From Antedon mediterranea (Eukaryota > Animalia > Echinodermata), in the NCBI RefSeq assembly GCF_964355755.1, contig NC_092674.1, positions 4,898,001 to 4,962,000 of the forward strand: a stretch of DNA of 64,000 bases, in the 5' to 3' direction. The notes under the pieces are model-generated. The model saw nothing but the letters and a program-made list of their open reading frames with translations. It did no database searches and was not told the DNA's origin. Position 1 is the first letter of the stretch. Each line of letters starts with the position of its first letter. Below, piece by piece: positions 14,551-28,243 of the stretch. The translations under genes were made by a program, and so were the position numbers.

Positions 14551-16470
14551 ATATTACTTGCGTTGCGCTTACGTTCAGTTTCTTGCGTTCATGTTCTGGT
14601 ATAGTGGGGACCAGGCTTTGTATATAGTGTATTACTTGTTGCGCTTACGTTCAGTTTCTTGCGTTCATGTTCTGGTATAGTGGGGACCAGGCTTTGTATA
14701 TAGTGTATTCAGGGCCGGAGCCAGGATCTGTCAAGGGGGGGGGGGGGTTCGGACACTAAATATTTGGGTCAACCCCCCCCCCCCCTCCCCCAGCCTGATG
14801 CGAAGCGAATTTTGTTAAATGACACCCCTAGATGGCCGGAAAAGACACTCTCGTGCAGCATGCTATATAACCAATGAGCAAAAATGACATAACTATTTGT
14901 TGCCGTATGTTAGATGCGCGTGCTCTGTGCGGAACCGCCGATTGTTTGATCATTTACTCCGTATTTTGTTTTGCGTTCAAGTTCAATGCGAACGTCTAGG
15001 AGCAGCCCCGAAAAAAGCACACTGGGTGAAGGCAAATGCTATTTGCTAGCTCTATCTATAATATTTATTTACAGCAATTTGTTGAGAAATATAAATATGT
15101 AAATAGGTGATATTGATACATTTTAGTACGTATCGGCTGGTGGTCTAGAAAAAAATAATCGGATGCCATAATGTGAACTACAGTACTTGATACCATAGAT
15201 ATTATAGTGTAAAATATTAATATTCACTATAATCCTCTATGATACATTATACTTCATAGTCACACATAAATACTGATGTACGTCGGAAGGCTATATACTT
15301 TATGCATGCTGCCTGACTGCCAGTGATCTAAACAATAGGTACGCAGTTGTCTGGCGGTGTCCTTTGTACGAATCGTTCGTGCGCCAGCTCGCTATGAGAC
15401 GCGTCAATATCATGTTACATGCAGGGACCAAACATTTATTTTTCAGGTTAAAATCGGCAATTCATTTGCAGCTTTTAGAAATTTACAGACACGTATCACT
15501 AGTTGACGCGCATACAGAGAAGAAAACAATGCTTGACTTCTGCCCACTGCTGCTGGTATAACACCATGTGTGTTTTAACGCGCATAGCAGCATGATGGTG
15601 ATCTAGAATTTTGCAAAAAATTTCCATGACGATAAATTGTGCCTTTAAAAAGATAAATGTATTAAATTTATATTATAAATACTTAGGCCTGGTCCTAAAC
15701 ATTTATTCTTACTTTATGCACTTGTCAATTGTATGACCCACTATACGACCCCCAGGAGAGGTGCGTCATTTGTCCGATGTGCATCATACCTTATGAATAC
15801 CATGACGCACAAGATGCTACAAGAATGTAATGTGACCTACCTTTAAGTGACCATTTTAAGATGATTTTAGAGGATTCACTATAATCCTCTATGATACATT
15901 ATACTTCATAGTCACACATAAATACTGATGTACGTCGGAAGGCTATATTATACTTTATGCATGCTGCCTGACTGCCAGTGATCTAAACAATAGGTACGCA
16001 GTTGTCTGGCGGTGTCCTTTGTACGAATCGTTCGTGCGCCAGCTCGCTATGAGACGCGTCAATATCATGTTACATGCAGGGACCAAACATTTATTTTTCA
16101 GGTTAAAATCGGCAATTCATTTGCAGCTTTTAGAAATTTACAGACACGTATCACTAGTTGACGCGCATACAGAGAAGAAGGTTCACGAACAAGTTTACGA
16201 ATTTTTCAATTTACAAACAACTTTTTGTACTGTGGGGCACGTATTTGGAGGATTTTTGGAGATGAGGGTGAGGTATTGGGCATGTCGGGGATGGGGGTTC
16301 GCAGTTGGTTAAGGGGGGTTCGCTGTAAAGGGGGGGTTCGCCTGAACCATAACCCCCCCCCCCCCTGGCTACGGGCCTGGTATTACTTGCGTTGCGCTTA
16401 CGTTCAGTTTCTTGCGTTCATGTTCTGGTATAGTGGGGACCAGGTTTTGTATATTATATGTATTACTTGT
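14551..16470. repeat. About 79-bp tandem repeat (3+ units) interrupted by a DNA transposon
   Basis: Unit TATTACTTGCGTTGCGCTTACGTTCAGTTTC...TAGTGGGGACCAGGCTTTGTATATAGTG at 14551-14709 and resuming at 16380. Confidence 0.9.
14710..16379. mobile_element. Non-autonomous hAT-like DNA transposon with 5-bp TSD
   Basis: TIRs CAGGGCCGGAGCCAG / CTGGCTACGGGCCTG, subterminal G/C runs, and TSD GTATT at 14705-14709 and 16380-16384. Confidence 0.85.
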
Positions 16471-18425
16471 TCTATTAAACATTGTTAACCTAGTGGTAGA
16501 ATATTCATTCAGTTCAATCTTTTATTTCGGAATTCCTGGTCCATAGAAATTAAAATTACGTATACATACGCAAACGAAAAAAACTGTACTGACCAATAGG
16601 AATATTATCTCGTGTATTATTATGATCTACGGCAATTAGTATGTATTTTTCAGTTCATTGACATTAATACATATATATAATTTACACATTTTTTATATAT
16701 ATATTATATACATTTTAGAAATGTTAACAACAATTAAGTAACTCAAGATTTTAACTCATGAACTTTACTTCAGTGCTCGTCGCACACACTGCATCCAACA
16801 CAATAGATATCATTCTCTCCATTTGATGTTAATGAATTTATTTTACAAGCTTCTTCAACTAATGAATAGAGATTTGATATTACCTTTTGAAGTAACCGAC
16901 CAGGTGCAGCGAACTTAACGATAAGTCAGTGAACTCAAATTGAGTGTTGAGTAATGCTTAAGAACCACTCATTAGTAACTGGTCATTAGTGAAGTGATAT
17001 GTACGAGTAATTGTCATTAAAATAAAAAGACAGGCTATAATATCAGGAACTCATCAATCAAGATGTGTAAAGCCTGCGCCATGATTTTAATTGATCGAAT
17101 CAAGATTCAAGATTATTTATTCGTCCATAAACTAGAAATTTGACTTTCCTTTGGCGATTATACATATAAATAATACATTAAAACATCAAAAGACCAACAA
17201 ATAAAATCATAAAATGAATAAAAATTGACTAAAATATCATGGGAAATTAAATTATTATCATTACGCTTACAAAATCTCAAAAGGTATATACGGAATAAAA
17301 TCAGAGTAGAGATGAAATAGGCCTAGCGTCAGATACGGAATCTTACAATATAAAACGCGTTTTCAAGCTTAATGACGCAAACGCGTTCAGAATGGAAAAA
17401 AAAAATAATTTTACAATATTACAGAATTGCAATGAATTAATAGCATTATTAACGGTATATTTATTCAAGATGAAATAAAACTAATATGATAAGATGTTTA
17501 TAATATTAGTTAAACTATGCAGACAAATGCTGTGTACTAGGTTTGTATTTTATAGACATATCGATTCAGTTCAATATAGTTGTAAAGACTGACTATCAAA
17601 CGATTGTTTCGAAGTGACCAAATGTCGTTTGCGTAGCCTGATTGTCTGTCGCTTATGTCCATTTGTTGTTTTGACTGATATCGCGCTATTTATTTAGCGA
17701 AACACAACGACCAACCTGCGAAAACACTCGCTATCATGACCAACAAATATAATTTACTAGATAATCAATCATGGAAAGAAATAGACGAGATTTTCAGAAA
17801 TTGAAAATAAGATTTGTTCAAAGTCTGCTTTAACGTCATAATTATCGAGTGCTTCTAACTTCCATATTCATATTTTTGCAATCATGGTTAATAAAATATT
17901 AAATTAAAGATTAAACAGCATAATTTACTTATTACAACATCAACGCTCCTAAAATGATAATCAATTCTATGTGGCTTCTTGTATTTTTTGTATTTTACCT
18001 TAATGATGTTTTGTTCATAAGATATACTGTAAATTTAATTTACGGCTCGTTGATTGTCTATACTGTATACATGCATAAATAGTGTTTTCTCTGAAATATT
18101 ATGTGTATGCAAATATTTATTCAAACAATTTCAAATTGTTGATATTATGCATCGTCCTTTTTAAGTTAAGATAGGTGGTTTGGTGTTTTCCAGTTTTTGG
18201 TTTTGATGTTTCTAACTATTTTAGGCTGTGGTTGTATGAACTCTCGTGGTAAAACCTTGATTCACAGTGAGATTAGTCCGCCCTTTGTACTTCACCCATT
18301 TTCTAAAACATCTTTTGACAATCAGGGTGCGGGTTACCAGTTGACCGTTAGTTTTCATCACGCGCCACTCGACAGCTGTTGAGTCAAAAAGTAATTCTGT
18401 ACGCGCTACTAACACATGTGCATGC

Positions 18426-18582
18426 ACAGACGACTGTTAGACTCAATAGCCGCGTATTCAAGTGGTACTTCGTGAATTATGACGGATATTTACTCATTCC
18501 TTCTCAACAGAACGACTGTTAGACTCAATAGCTGCGTGGTACGTCGTAAATTACGACGAATATTTACCGGTCATTCCTCAAC
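18426..18582. repeat. About 80-bp imperfect tandem duplication
   Basis: ACGACTGTTAGACTCAATAGC..GTGGTAC..GTRAATTAYGACGRATATTTAC occurs twice. A related motif is near 23880. Confidence 0.7.
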
Positions 18583-21394
18583 AATAATCCAATCTCAGAA
18601 ATGAGGCCAACGATGACAAATGCCATCTTGTGACAATTCTATACTTGTATATTTTTTGGCATTTTGATTAGCCCAAGGAAAGTATAAACACGTCTGTGAT
18701 TTAATTACAGGACATTTGTTATTTGTAAATGGCACGATGTTATAAAACAACGTCGCAGCTGCTTGTCGCTATAACATACATCATTCCTAATGAACTAACA
18801 TTTGATTAATTAACTACCCACTAAAACATGATTTATAAAATTGGATTTTAAAGTATTTTTCCCATCAGAATTGACTTGAATGTTATACAACGCAGACAAT
18901 TTATTTTTTGTAATAATAATAAAAGTCTTTATTATATCTCAAAGGCTATCAGTCTTCTTTAAGACAATAGTTCACTGTTGTATTGGTTAATTGCGGTAGG
19001 CAAGTGGTTCTCAATTCCCGATAATGAATCCCAGTCCATTCAGCTGAAAATGAGGTCCTGGTTGAAAATATTAGGTAGAATCAGGAGGAACGAACTGGCC
19101 ATCTACTACATAATGTCAATTCTGCAGCTATCATTAGAAAGATCCTAACTGACTATTGACAGTCATCTAGATACGAGTCAATGTGTATTAATTACTTTCA
19201 ATACATATTATCCATGTCACTAAGGTTCGTATTTAGAGACAATGTAAATGTATTAATAATTCGAAAGCGTTCAGAATGATTACGAGACACACCTTATTAT
19301 AATACAACCGGGCCTATTAGTACCGTAAATTGCTATGTCATTAGGCCTATAAAGACTGAAATGTAACACAACTTTATATCGAACCCACTAGAGACGCAAC
19401 ACAACGACGTAACGTAAGGGAGTTGACAAATCACAAACGATAGATTATTCTTACTGTCGCTTGCCATTGGTCAACTCGCTTGCTTTGCATGACCGTCATG
19501 AGGACTAATAAGATTATTATTTTGTATCGTATACCTTGGTAATTTCGGGTAGTTTTATGTGACAATGTGTGAGATTATTGTAGGCTAGGTGTATCAAAAT
19601 GATAACGTTCAGAATATATTGCGCATGTGCAGTTCATTATCAACTCGTTAATGACCTCACACAAAGCCCACAGGAAATATGAAATTAAAATACATTATTT
19701 ATATAAATATCAAATGTAATGCTATTATTATATGTTATTGGAGAGAAAACAGAATAATGGGAATATCGAAAAAGAATACGTTATGTTTGTGGAGAATTTG
19801 GGTCTTTTTGTGCGTTTGTTGGTCTCAACCTGCAGGTTGAAGAAGAAGTTCAACAACAACAAAATATTTGTGTACGAGGCGCCGTTCGGAACAATCATTC
19901 TAATTATGTCAACATAAAACATTTATGTGACACAGAAATACTGTAATTATTTTGGGACATAAACATTTCTGTACAAACATAATTAACTCCTCTCATACAA
20001 AATTATTCAGGTACACATTTTTAGTATGCAGGTACATAATTAATGATCTTGAACAGAAATAGTCAATATAAAACTATAGTAAATAACAAAATATTTGATA
20101 CTATTAACAGTGAACAAATGACGCAAATGTACTGGTTTTATCAATGTATTTTTGCATTGTTATTCGTCTCATGTCAATGGGTATTCTTATTTCCAGATGT
20201 TGTATATATCATTATTTAAATTTTTACCTTGTATTTTCAATTCAATGTCTGCAATATTCTAACAGCCGAGTTTCTGGAATACAGCGTTATATTATAATTG
20301 ATAATGGCACGTGGAATAAAGATGTATACATTAAGAACGTCATGTTCATTAACAATATTGCTTTTTACTCGACCTTGAATGAAGATGCAATCCAGCTAAG
20401 TGTCAAAAGATCGCTTCGTGTTTATTAATCAACTGCATTATCCATATATCTTAATGTGTTTCATTTTCTGTAAATGCGCGCTATATATACGGCTGCTGTT
20501 GCAATAACGTAAGTATAAGCTGTGAACATTGTGGTAGCGGGGTAGGCTAAAAAAGTGTTTAATTGCAATATAAACTGAGTAGGCCTACTCTGTGTAAATA
20601 ATATATCAATTTCTCATAATTATGTAATTGAAATTGATAACAAAACAGTGTCTCTGCCTCTGCCCATCTATAAACATACAAGACATTTTATTACATAAAG
20701 ATTAGCTTAAATTTTAAAGATAAAACTGTAATATGATGAATTCTGAAATGTGAAAACGGTGATAATGTGAGAATTTGGAGATAAGGGATAAAATAAGGCC
20801 TCATTGATGAAAAAAGAAGACTTTACCTTCTTAAATACTATTTTACAGTGCCCTATTAAATTTAAGCGATCATATTATTTTATCAGGTAATCAACCAATA
20901 TTATTAGATTAAAATATTATGTAATAAAATTTAATTTTTTTACAAAAAAGGCCAGAGGCATATTTTATAATCTGAATTGTATTTGTAAGTTAGCCTACAT
21001 TAATAACTTCGAATCGGCTCATATCTTAATTTAGTTGGGTAGATAATCAAAGGCATTGATCTAGACCAACAACCTGTAGGTAGAGTTCAAGTATTTTATA
21101 AACTGAGTTAGCAACATTTTACAAATCGATACAATTATCACCGCGTAACCGTCTCTGTTACGCGCTCCGTGGACACGAATCCTCTCATGAGATACCAACT
21201 CAACATTTTGAATAGGCCTTAGGGAAATCTAAAAAACGCATGAACACAACCTAATTCATCTTTGATAGAGTTGTTCGTAACATGATGCCAATGACGTTGA
21301 AATATGTTGCTAATATTGAATATTATTTGTCTACCGTGTGTAAACTTAGTAATTATGTGGACGGAAAATGTAACCATTTTAAGATGTAAATGCA

Positions 21395-21705
21395 TAGTTT
21401 TTAGTTACGTAGAGGTGGTCATCGTGTTGATCAAATAGATCTAGTTATCAATTGATAGGCTATTATAATATTATCTCCATTTGGTCTTTGGAGGAATAAG
21501 TAGTCTACAACATTGTAGTTTTTAGTTATGTTTTAATAGGTGGTCATCGTGTTGATCAAATAGATCTAGTTATCAATTATAGGCTATTATAATATTATCT
21601 CCATTTGGTCAAGTGGTCCTTGGAGGAATAAGTAGTCTACAACATTGTAGTTTTGAGTTACATTTTAATAGGTGGTCATTTGGTCAAGTGGTCCTTGGAG
21701 GAATA
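21395..21705. repeat. About 125-bp tandem duplication (about 2.4 copies)
   Basis: GGTGGTCATCGTGTTGATCAAATAGATCTAG...TTGGAGGAATAAGTAGTCTACAACATTGTAG repeated. Confidence 0.85.
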
Positions 21706-22639
21706 AAACATTAAAATATTAGTTTTCAATTATAATTTATTAGGTGGTCAGTGTAACTGATTAAGTGTAATATCAATTACGTTAACGTGTCAATTTGCCA
21801 AGATTGGTCAAATACATTTTTAGGTTGTAAATAATGTAATTAATATATAGTTAAATATTGTATTATATATTTTATGTGAATTTACCAAGATTTCCAAACA
21901 GTATAATTATATACACATACGAAATTCTTGAAGAAAAAGAGTACGTTACGCTCCTAAATTATATGTTTATGGTGACCCATTTTAAGACTATATGACGCGT
22001 TTTTTTTAGCACATTTTAACCTTCTAAATTTATAAATTTGAGTAGATTATACTATTAATACCTTTATTAGTTATTGTCATTAATAATACATTTTAAAAAA
22101 CACAAAAGTTAGAAAAACAAAATAAAATAAATACGTTAACAAAATATTTGTTTAGTTACAAGACTTGTCCAATATACAGATATTATTTATATAAAAAGCA
22201 GATTAAGTTTTAAACACAGAACTAGAAAATTATTCCTATATTATCAATCACAGAACTAAATACTCCTGATCATTACTTAAAAGGTACCGTAAACGTTTTG
22301 ATTTACTTACCTAAAAAAGTAAAGATCTACTTGTCTGTAAGTTTAATCTCGAATACGACACTCCCTTTTAAACGGATGCTTAATGATAATATTAATCCTC
22401 ATTATACATCGCAACTGTCACAAAAAATTGTAACAGATCTACAATAAATTTAAATCAATTTTTTTCGTCGTAAATTCCTGGTTATATAAACAAAAATCTT
22501 CAACTATACTTGATGTGTATAACTAAATATGAAAATAGTATAAATGCACTTCGTCTTACCTCAAATGGACTTAAGTTCTCACTGCACATACGAAATTAAG
22601 AAATGAACTCTATAACATTATAATGCCGGAAGAGAACCG

Positions 22640-22653
22640 GTTGCCATGGCTAC
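22640..22653. promoter_or_regulatory. RFX X-box next to an ETS-like site; possible distal promoter
   Basis: GTTGCCATGGCTAC with CCGGAAG at 22626 and a minus-strand donor (GAG/GTAAGA) near 22560. Confidence 0.4.
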
Positions 22654-23024
22654 CTCATTGTTGTATGAAGGTGCATGCATATTAATCTATATTATGATAA
22701 AGCATATATTTTTTATTTTCGTCGAGAACAAAAAGATGAATTATACACCGAACAGCGCATAAAATAATGTGTATACACACAAGTACAATAGAAACATGGA
22801 GATATACATAATTACACTACTGTATAAAGGCGTATTATATTTTTAAATATTCCAATGATGATGTATATTTTTAGTTTTATAATTATTAGGCTACTGTAAA
22901 AGCAATATTAGGCAATGAATAATTTGTTCAAGACACTAACTAATTAAAAAATAGTGCTCTTATTTTCATGTTAAAACAAGATTCTAAAGTCTGATATTGA
23001 GGGTGAGTTATGTGTCACTGCTAA

Positions 23025-23141
23025 AGCTCTGTCTACACTTGTGTGATGTGCCCAAATATGCTAGAGATGTGACGTCATCGTGTCCATATACGGGCACATC
23101 ACATTTTTTGTCACATAAAATGTGATAATGTAGACAGGGCT
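23025..23141. mobile_element. MITE family A copy (internally deleted)
   Basis: TIRs with TAA target duplication. A further degenerate copy lies at about 24369-24473. Confidence 0.75.
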
Positions 23142-24563
23142 TAAAAGAGAATTCTAAAAGAAAGCCTTTATGACGCGGTTTCAAATTGTCCAAAGGAGCC
23201 TATAAACTCTGTGTGTGGGAGCTTTTACATCCATTCATTGAACATATTGGCTCAAAAGTGTGGGGACCTTCCTATGATACCTATCATTCAACATATTGGC
23301 AGAACCCTCCTGGGTGGTGGTGGGTGGGTGGGAGGGGGTGTTGAATGACACCATTCACTTACTGTATTAACATTATTTGTTTTACAATTTTTGCAATACG
23401 ATGCTTTATAGAAACGTGCCCTGTGTGTGAACTAATACCTACCTAACGTATTATTTACGATTTTGCTTTAATATCAACCTGTGAGAACGTTCGTGCTACT
23501 ATCCCAATGGGCTTAAATTATATAGACCATATCAAACGTGCTCACCACATCTTTGTCTACCAAAGACGTGTTCAGCTACCAATTCAAATCATTAAATATA
23601 TATACACCTGATATTTTAACTGTAAATAGCGCTTGTCCGTTGCTTAGCCACGGGCTTGAAGAACTTAATATTAGTCGTAGCAAAAAAATATATTTAAAGT
23701 TGAATACTAGAAGCCATTATTGTATGTAGTTAGGCCTTGTATAGCTGATAACCCACTAGTATTGAGTTTTTTCTTAACTCTTCATTGCTGCCTATTACCC
23801 CAAACAAACAAAAAATACCATTATGAAATGTAGTGAAACTATAGATAATTAGGTGGGTTTTTATGCGCAGGCGCAGATTGACTTTTAGACTCAATAGCTG
23901 CTTAGTCGTGAAATGGTCATGAAATAAGTTCCTGGATTTACTCGGAGAAACCCACCATTTCTTTTCAGAACTAATATACGTGGTGTACCCAATTATATTA
24001 TATAGCCGGCTTATTACATCTCTCTGGGTGTAGGCCTACCGCAAAATGTATATCAACATTTGATTTCACCATGCAAACCTTCAAACAATTATATGGATTT
24101 AATCCCACACTAATATTAGAAATTGTGTTTAAAATACTTGCACAGTACAGTATTGGCAATTTAACGATGGCTTCGTATTGAAATAAAATATACTAACAAT
24201 CTATCCACTTATTTTTATAATTAACTTTATGGAGGCAATAATATGGTCGTGTTGCTTATTTTATGTGCTAAAAAGTGCATTTGCATCATTCACTTAGGAA
24301 TGAGATAGAAACGAATTAGTAATGAAGTACCGTACTCAAAGAGACCGCGTCGATAACTTACAATAATTCTTTGTCTACACTATGTGTGATGTGCCCAAAT
24401 ATGGTAGTGGTATGACATCATAATGTCCATATATGGGCACATCACACAAAGTTTGATAGTGTAGAAAGAGCTTTAGAGGTGGAACAACATCTTATGTTTT
24501 CAATGATTATTGCGTATTTGACTCTATAAGCCATTATTTAGGCGTACGTTAAGCGGAGCATGT

Positions 24564-24745
24564 TCATTCATTCATTTATTCGGTCGAGATCAACATACAA
24601 TACATGATTACAATGTTACAATACAGAAAGTTAAAACTTTAAACTCACAATTAAAAAGAAGGATAAAATGTTAAGAACAATGTAAAACAATGCAAATGTC
24701 TAAAATGGCTCCAAAATGATTTTAAAATGGCATAAAAAACAGCAT
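24564..24745 (-). mobile_element. Non-LTR retrotransposon 3' end fragment (dispersed repeat)
   Basis: Near-identical copy at about 33255-33445. The minus strand ends in AATAAATGAATGAA, a simple-repeat tail. Confidence 0.6.
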
Positions 24746-25589
24746 TTAAACAGAATACCGTTCAGTACCATAGTTTAAAAAAGTCATTAAAATACAAGAA
24801 CAAAACAATAGAATATTAAAAAGCGTTCCGTTAAAAAGTAAGCAGCAGAATAAAGTTATGAACATTCCACTATGCGAATTTGTTCGCGCGAATCGAAAGC
24901 GTCATGCTATGCACATGGGTATTCATGTTTCCATCTCACAAACCCCTCTCTACGCATACGTCGTATAAGCTGACACTGTCGATTCGCGCGTGACGTATTG
25001 AGTGCGCTTGTATTGGCGCGATGATACGAAAACGACGGAAGTGCGCCATGTATCATGTGACATCAGACCTAGTGACACGTGAGTGATTGTTGCACATTGA
25101 TTGCTCGTTTGAATCATTTTCACTAATGAATCCTTTTGCTCTTAGCAAATTTGTGCAAGGAATTGGCAATTTTAACAGGTGAAGTGTTTTTAATGTAGTC
25201 GTGCGGTGTTACAAGCACATCATGGCGAGAATTATATCCTTCAAAATTGTCAGCTTGATGATGCCAGTAAGACTCATCTTCAAAATCGTCTTAAACAATG
25301 ACTCAATTAAATTATTCACGTAAATGTTAAAGTTAACACAAAATACAACAAAAAATAATGTAATATTGCTTTTTTCTTTAACGTCTATTTTTCGTTAATC
25401 TAAATATACATTCATGCAAACATGTTTAAAAAACACATCTACAATTTTACAACAAACAATAATGTGATACGTCTATTCTTCGTTAATCCAAATATAGGCT
25501 TATACATTTTGGTGGGTGGGGGGTGGGGGGGGGGATGAGATAGAAAATATACTTATATTAACACAATTGGCCTGTTTATTTATTTAGTT

Positions 25590-25830
25590 ATGATGCTTGG
25601 CTACCAATCTAAGGGTCCCGGGTCCAAGTCCTGTCATATGTCAGGGTTTTTTTCTCATGACAATTTACAACTCCACTCCCAAAGACTTAATAATAAGTCT
25701 TTGTTTATGTAGAGCATCTTGTGTATATGTTTGTCTTGTGAAATTATTAAATAGTTTATCCATCCTGTAGGCCTAATTGGCGGGTTACTCGCTGTTGGAT
25801 GAGTATGAAATAAAAAAATAAAAATAAAAA
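25590..25830 (+). mobile_element. tRNA-derived SINE family 1 (degenerate)
   Basis: Shares CTCCACTCCC..., TTTATCCATCC.GTAATTGGCG.GTTACTCGCTGTTGGAT...ATGAAATAAAAA with 36899 and 62596. Confidence 0.7.
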
Positions 25831-26233
25831 AATATTGTCCCCAAAAGCATGATAAATATCATTTCGATACTCGTCCGATACTGTCTATAGACTACACCAA
25901 AATCAATACCATTTTTTAGTAGAAACAGAAATTAAAGCAACATTTAATCAATAGAAATGTTCTAATCACATTTTGGTGGTTTTTTTTGTACTAATGTTTG
26001 TTCTATGTTGTTAGGGTTACATGTTTTAAGCACACGCTTATTTGTTTAATCCCATTCCATTATCATTTGTATTTGTATATGTTTTTATTTTGATTATGGA
26101 ATAAAAATGTCGATGATTGATTATTTGATTTGTTTTTGACGAGAAACAAAAAAATTATAATTTCTAGTCAAAGTGAATAATTATGTGTGATATTAATCTA
26201 TTCATAAAAATAGTAAAATATGTCTTATTATGT

Positions 26234-26555
26234 TATGTATTGTCCCCCTGAAAAAATCCTTCTTTACAAATTTTTTGTTGAATATGCCAACTTAATGTAA
26301 TATAATAGTTATCCACTTTGACCAAAAGTTGGATTTAAAAAAAGTTATTTACCTGAAGAAACTGTAATTTAAAGCAAAAAATGGTTTTGGTTAAATTTAA
26401 CCATTTATTTTGTCATTTTATAAGTAACAACATATTTTTTTGCATTTTTTTTCTACGGAAGTGATTGACTTTATTACAACTACAAAATAACATATTCAAA
26501 GTCTGATTTAATTAATCTTCATTTTTCATGTTTTTGGTGGACAATACATCTTTAA
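26234..26555. mobile_element. Kolobok-like MITE (inverted copy)
   Basis: ATGTATTGTCCCC...GGACAATACATCTTTAA; same body as 27360-27702. Confidence 0.75.
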
Positions 26556-27359
26556 AACCTAAAGAGCAGCACAGCGTTCCATCAGTCTTTCACAAACGAA
26601 TGCATTATCTAATATTAATTTATCAAAGTCAGTAGGCCTATAATTGATCATTTCAATAGAAAATTAAAAGATTTTACTCCTCAAACCTATCTGATATTGA
26701 TTTGTCTTATTAGTTTGTCAATCAAATAGTTATGTAAATATTTAGTCGCCAAATACATAGCATTCCACAAATCATCCACTTGTCCGTTTATCGATTTTAA
26801 TTTGTTTGTCGACCAACATTACTGAAATCATCTCTCTGAAGAATGTAAACATTGTACATTATGAGGTTGAAATCGCAATTACTACAGTTGACATGTTATT
26901 AACGGTATTCGTTGCCTTTGTTTCATATAGTAATTCGCCCAATTCCATCACAGGTTAATACTGTGGAAATCATATTGATACAAACACATTGATTGAAACG
27001 CGATCTAAAGCTTATACGCATGCGTATTCATGTTTCCATCTTCCAAATCCCTCTCTACGCATTCGCGCGAACAAATTCGCCTAGTGGAAAATCGGTTTTT
27101 AAATTAAGAGAGTAAAGAGTAAATCTTAACATGATTCCATTAACGTAGTCTAGATGCATCTTGAGAGATACTTGTTGAACTTTTAACCTTATCTAATAAT
27201 AATAACACTAACAAGATTATTTTGAATTTTTAAATAATGTATTTATAAATAGGCTAGGTAGGCCTACAGTAAATGCATTATAAACAACTGTTTACATCAG
27301 TATTATGAATAAATGTAATTTTATAACACTTTCGGATCATATTATTATCATTTTTATTG

Positions 27360-27702
27360 TTAAAGATGTATTGTCCCCCAAAAACATGAACAAATTAAGA
27401 TTATTTAAATCAGGCTTTGAATAGGTTATTTTGTAGTTTCAATAAAGTCACTTTCACTTCCGTAGAAAAAAAACCAGAAAAAACAATGTTTTCACTTATA
27501 AATGACAAAATAAATCGTTAAATTCAAACAAAAATCCATTGGCTGGCAGCCAATTTGACTATTTTGCTTTAAATTACAGTTTTTCAGGTAAATACATTTT
27601 TTCCCATCTAACTTTTCAAAGTGGAAAGTATTATGTAACATTAAAATGGCATATTCAACAACAAAATTTTAATTATTTTTTCAGGGGACAATACATCTTT
27701 AA
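27360..27702. mobile_element. Kolobok-like MITE with TTAA TSD
   Basis: TTAA-AGATGTATTGTCCCC ... GGGGACAATACATCT-TTAA. Confidence 0.85.
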
Positions 27703-28040
27703 TGTATACAGTTACGCCATAGAGAGAAAAGACGAACTCAAACATTACATTTTAGAAAACATTGCGTTTTCTTCCACGTCCAGGGCCCTCTGTGGTCTGG
27801 CAGGCTATGTTTCACGTAGATGGCGCTACTGTAGGTATTTAGAATTTGGAAAGTGTTTATGCATCTTACTGAATTACTATTTTTAGCTATAAATTTCCAT
27901 TTTGTTTTTCAGCTCATTAGGCTTATACCTAGTCTATGTTAGACTGTTATTTAACTAAATATTATTAGTAAAAATATAGAACTATATTATTTTGGCATAT
28001 ATGGCGTTTCATACGTATATTACTTAAGCTCGTAAACTAA

Positions 28041-28243
28041 AGCGTGGTTCCCACTAGCGACGCAATCTACGCAACGTAAGCAAATGCCCTTCTAATAATT
28101 GTGTTTGCCCCCGACTGCGTGAAATCAAACCTGCGACGCGATATTTGCAGCACTATTGCGTCGTCGGTTCCCACTTGTGATTACGCAATACAGCACTTTG
28201 CGTCGATACGTCGCTGCGTTGGCGTCGCTAGTGGGAACCAAGC
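28041..28243. mobile_element. Harbinger-like MITE family B relative
   Basis: TIRs AGCGTGGTTCCCACTAGCGACGC / GCGTCGCTAGTGGGAACCAAGCT. Confidence 0.8.

Larger units (their letters stand above)
24865..27089. mobile_element. Split Harbinger-like MITE whose TIRs bracket 2.2 kb
   Basis: TTCCACTATGCGAATTTGTTCGCGCGAAT at 24865 and its inverse at 27061-27089. An internal ~45 bp segment is directly repeated next to each end. Confidence 0.6.

Noticed and set aside
15194-15241. CATAG...CTATG hairpin as another P-type scar
   Set aside because: 48 bp long with no matching 7-bp flanks.
15364-16312. Duplicated ORFs MYESFVRQ... as a gene pair or LTRs
   Set aside because: They start at TTG, arise from an internal duplication in a non-autonomous element, and show no TG..CA ends, PBS or domain motifs.
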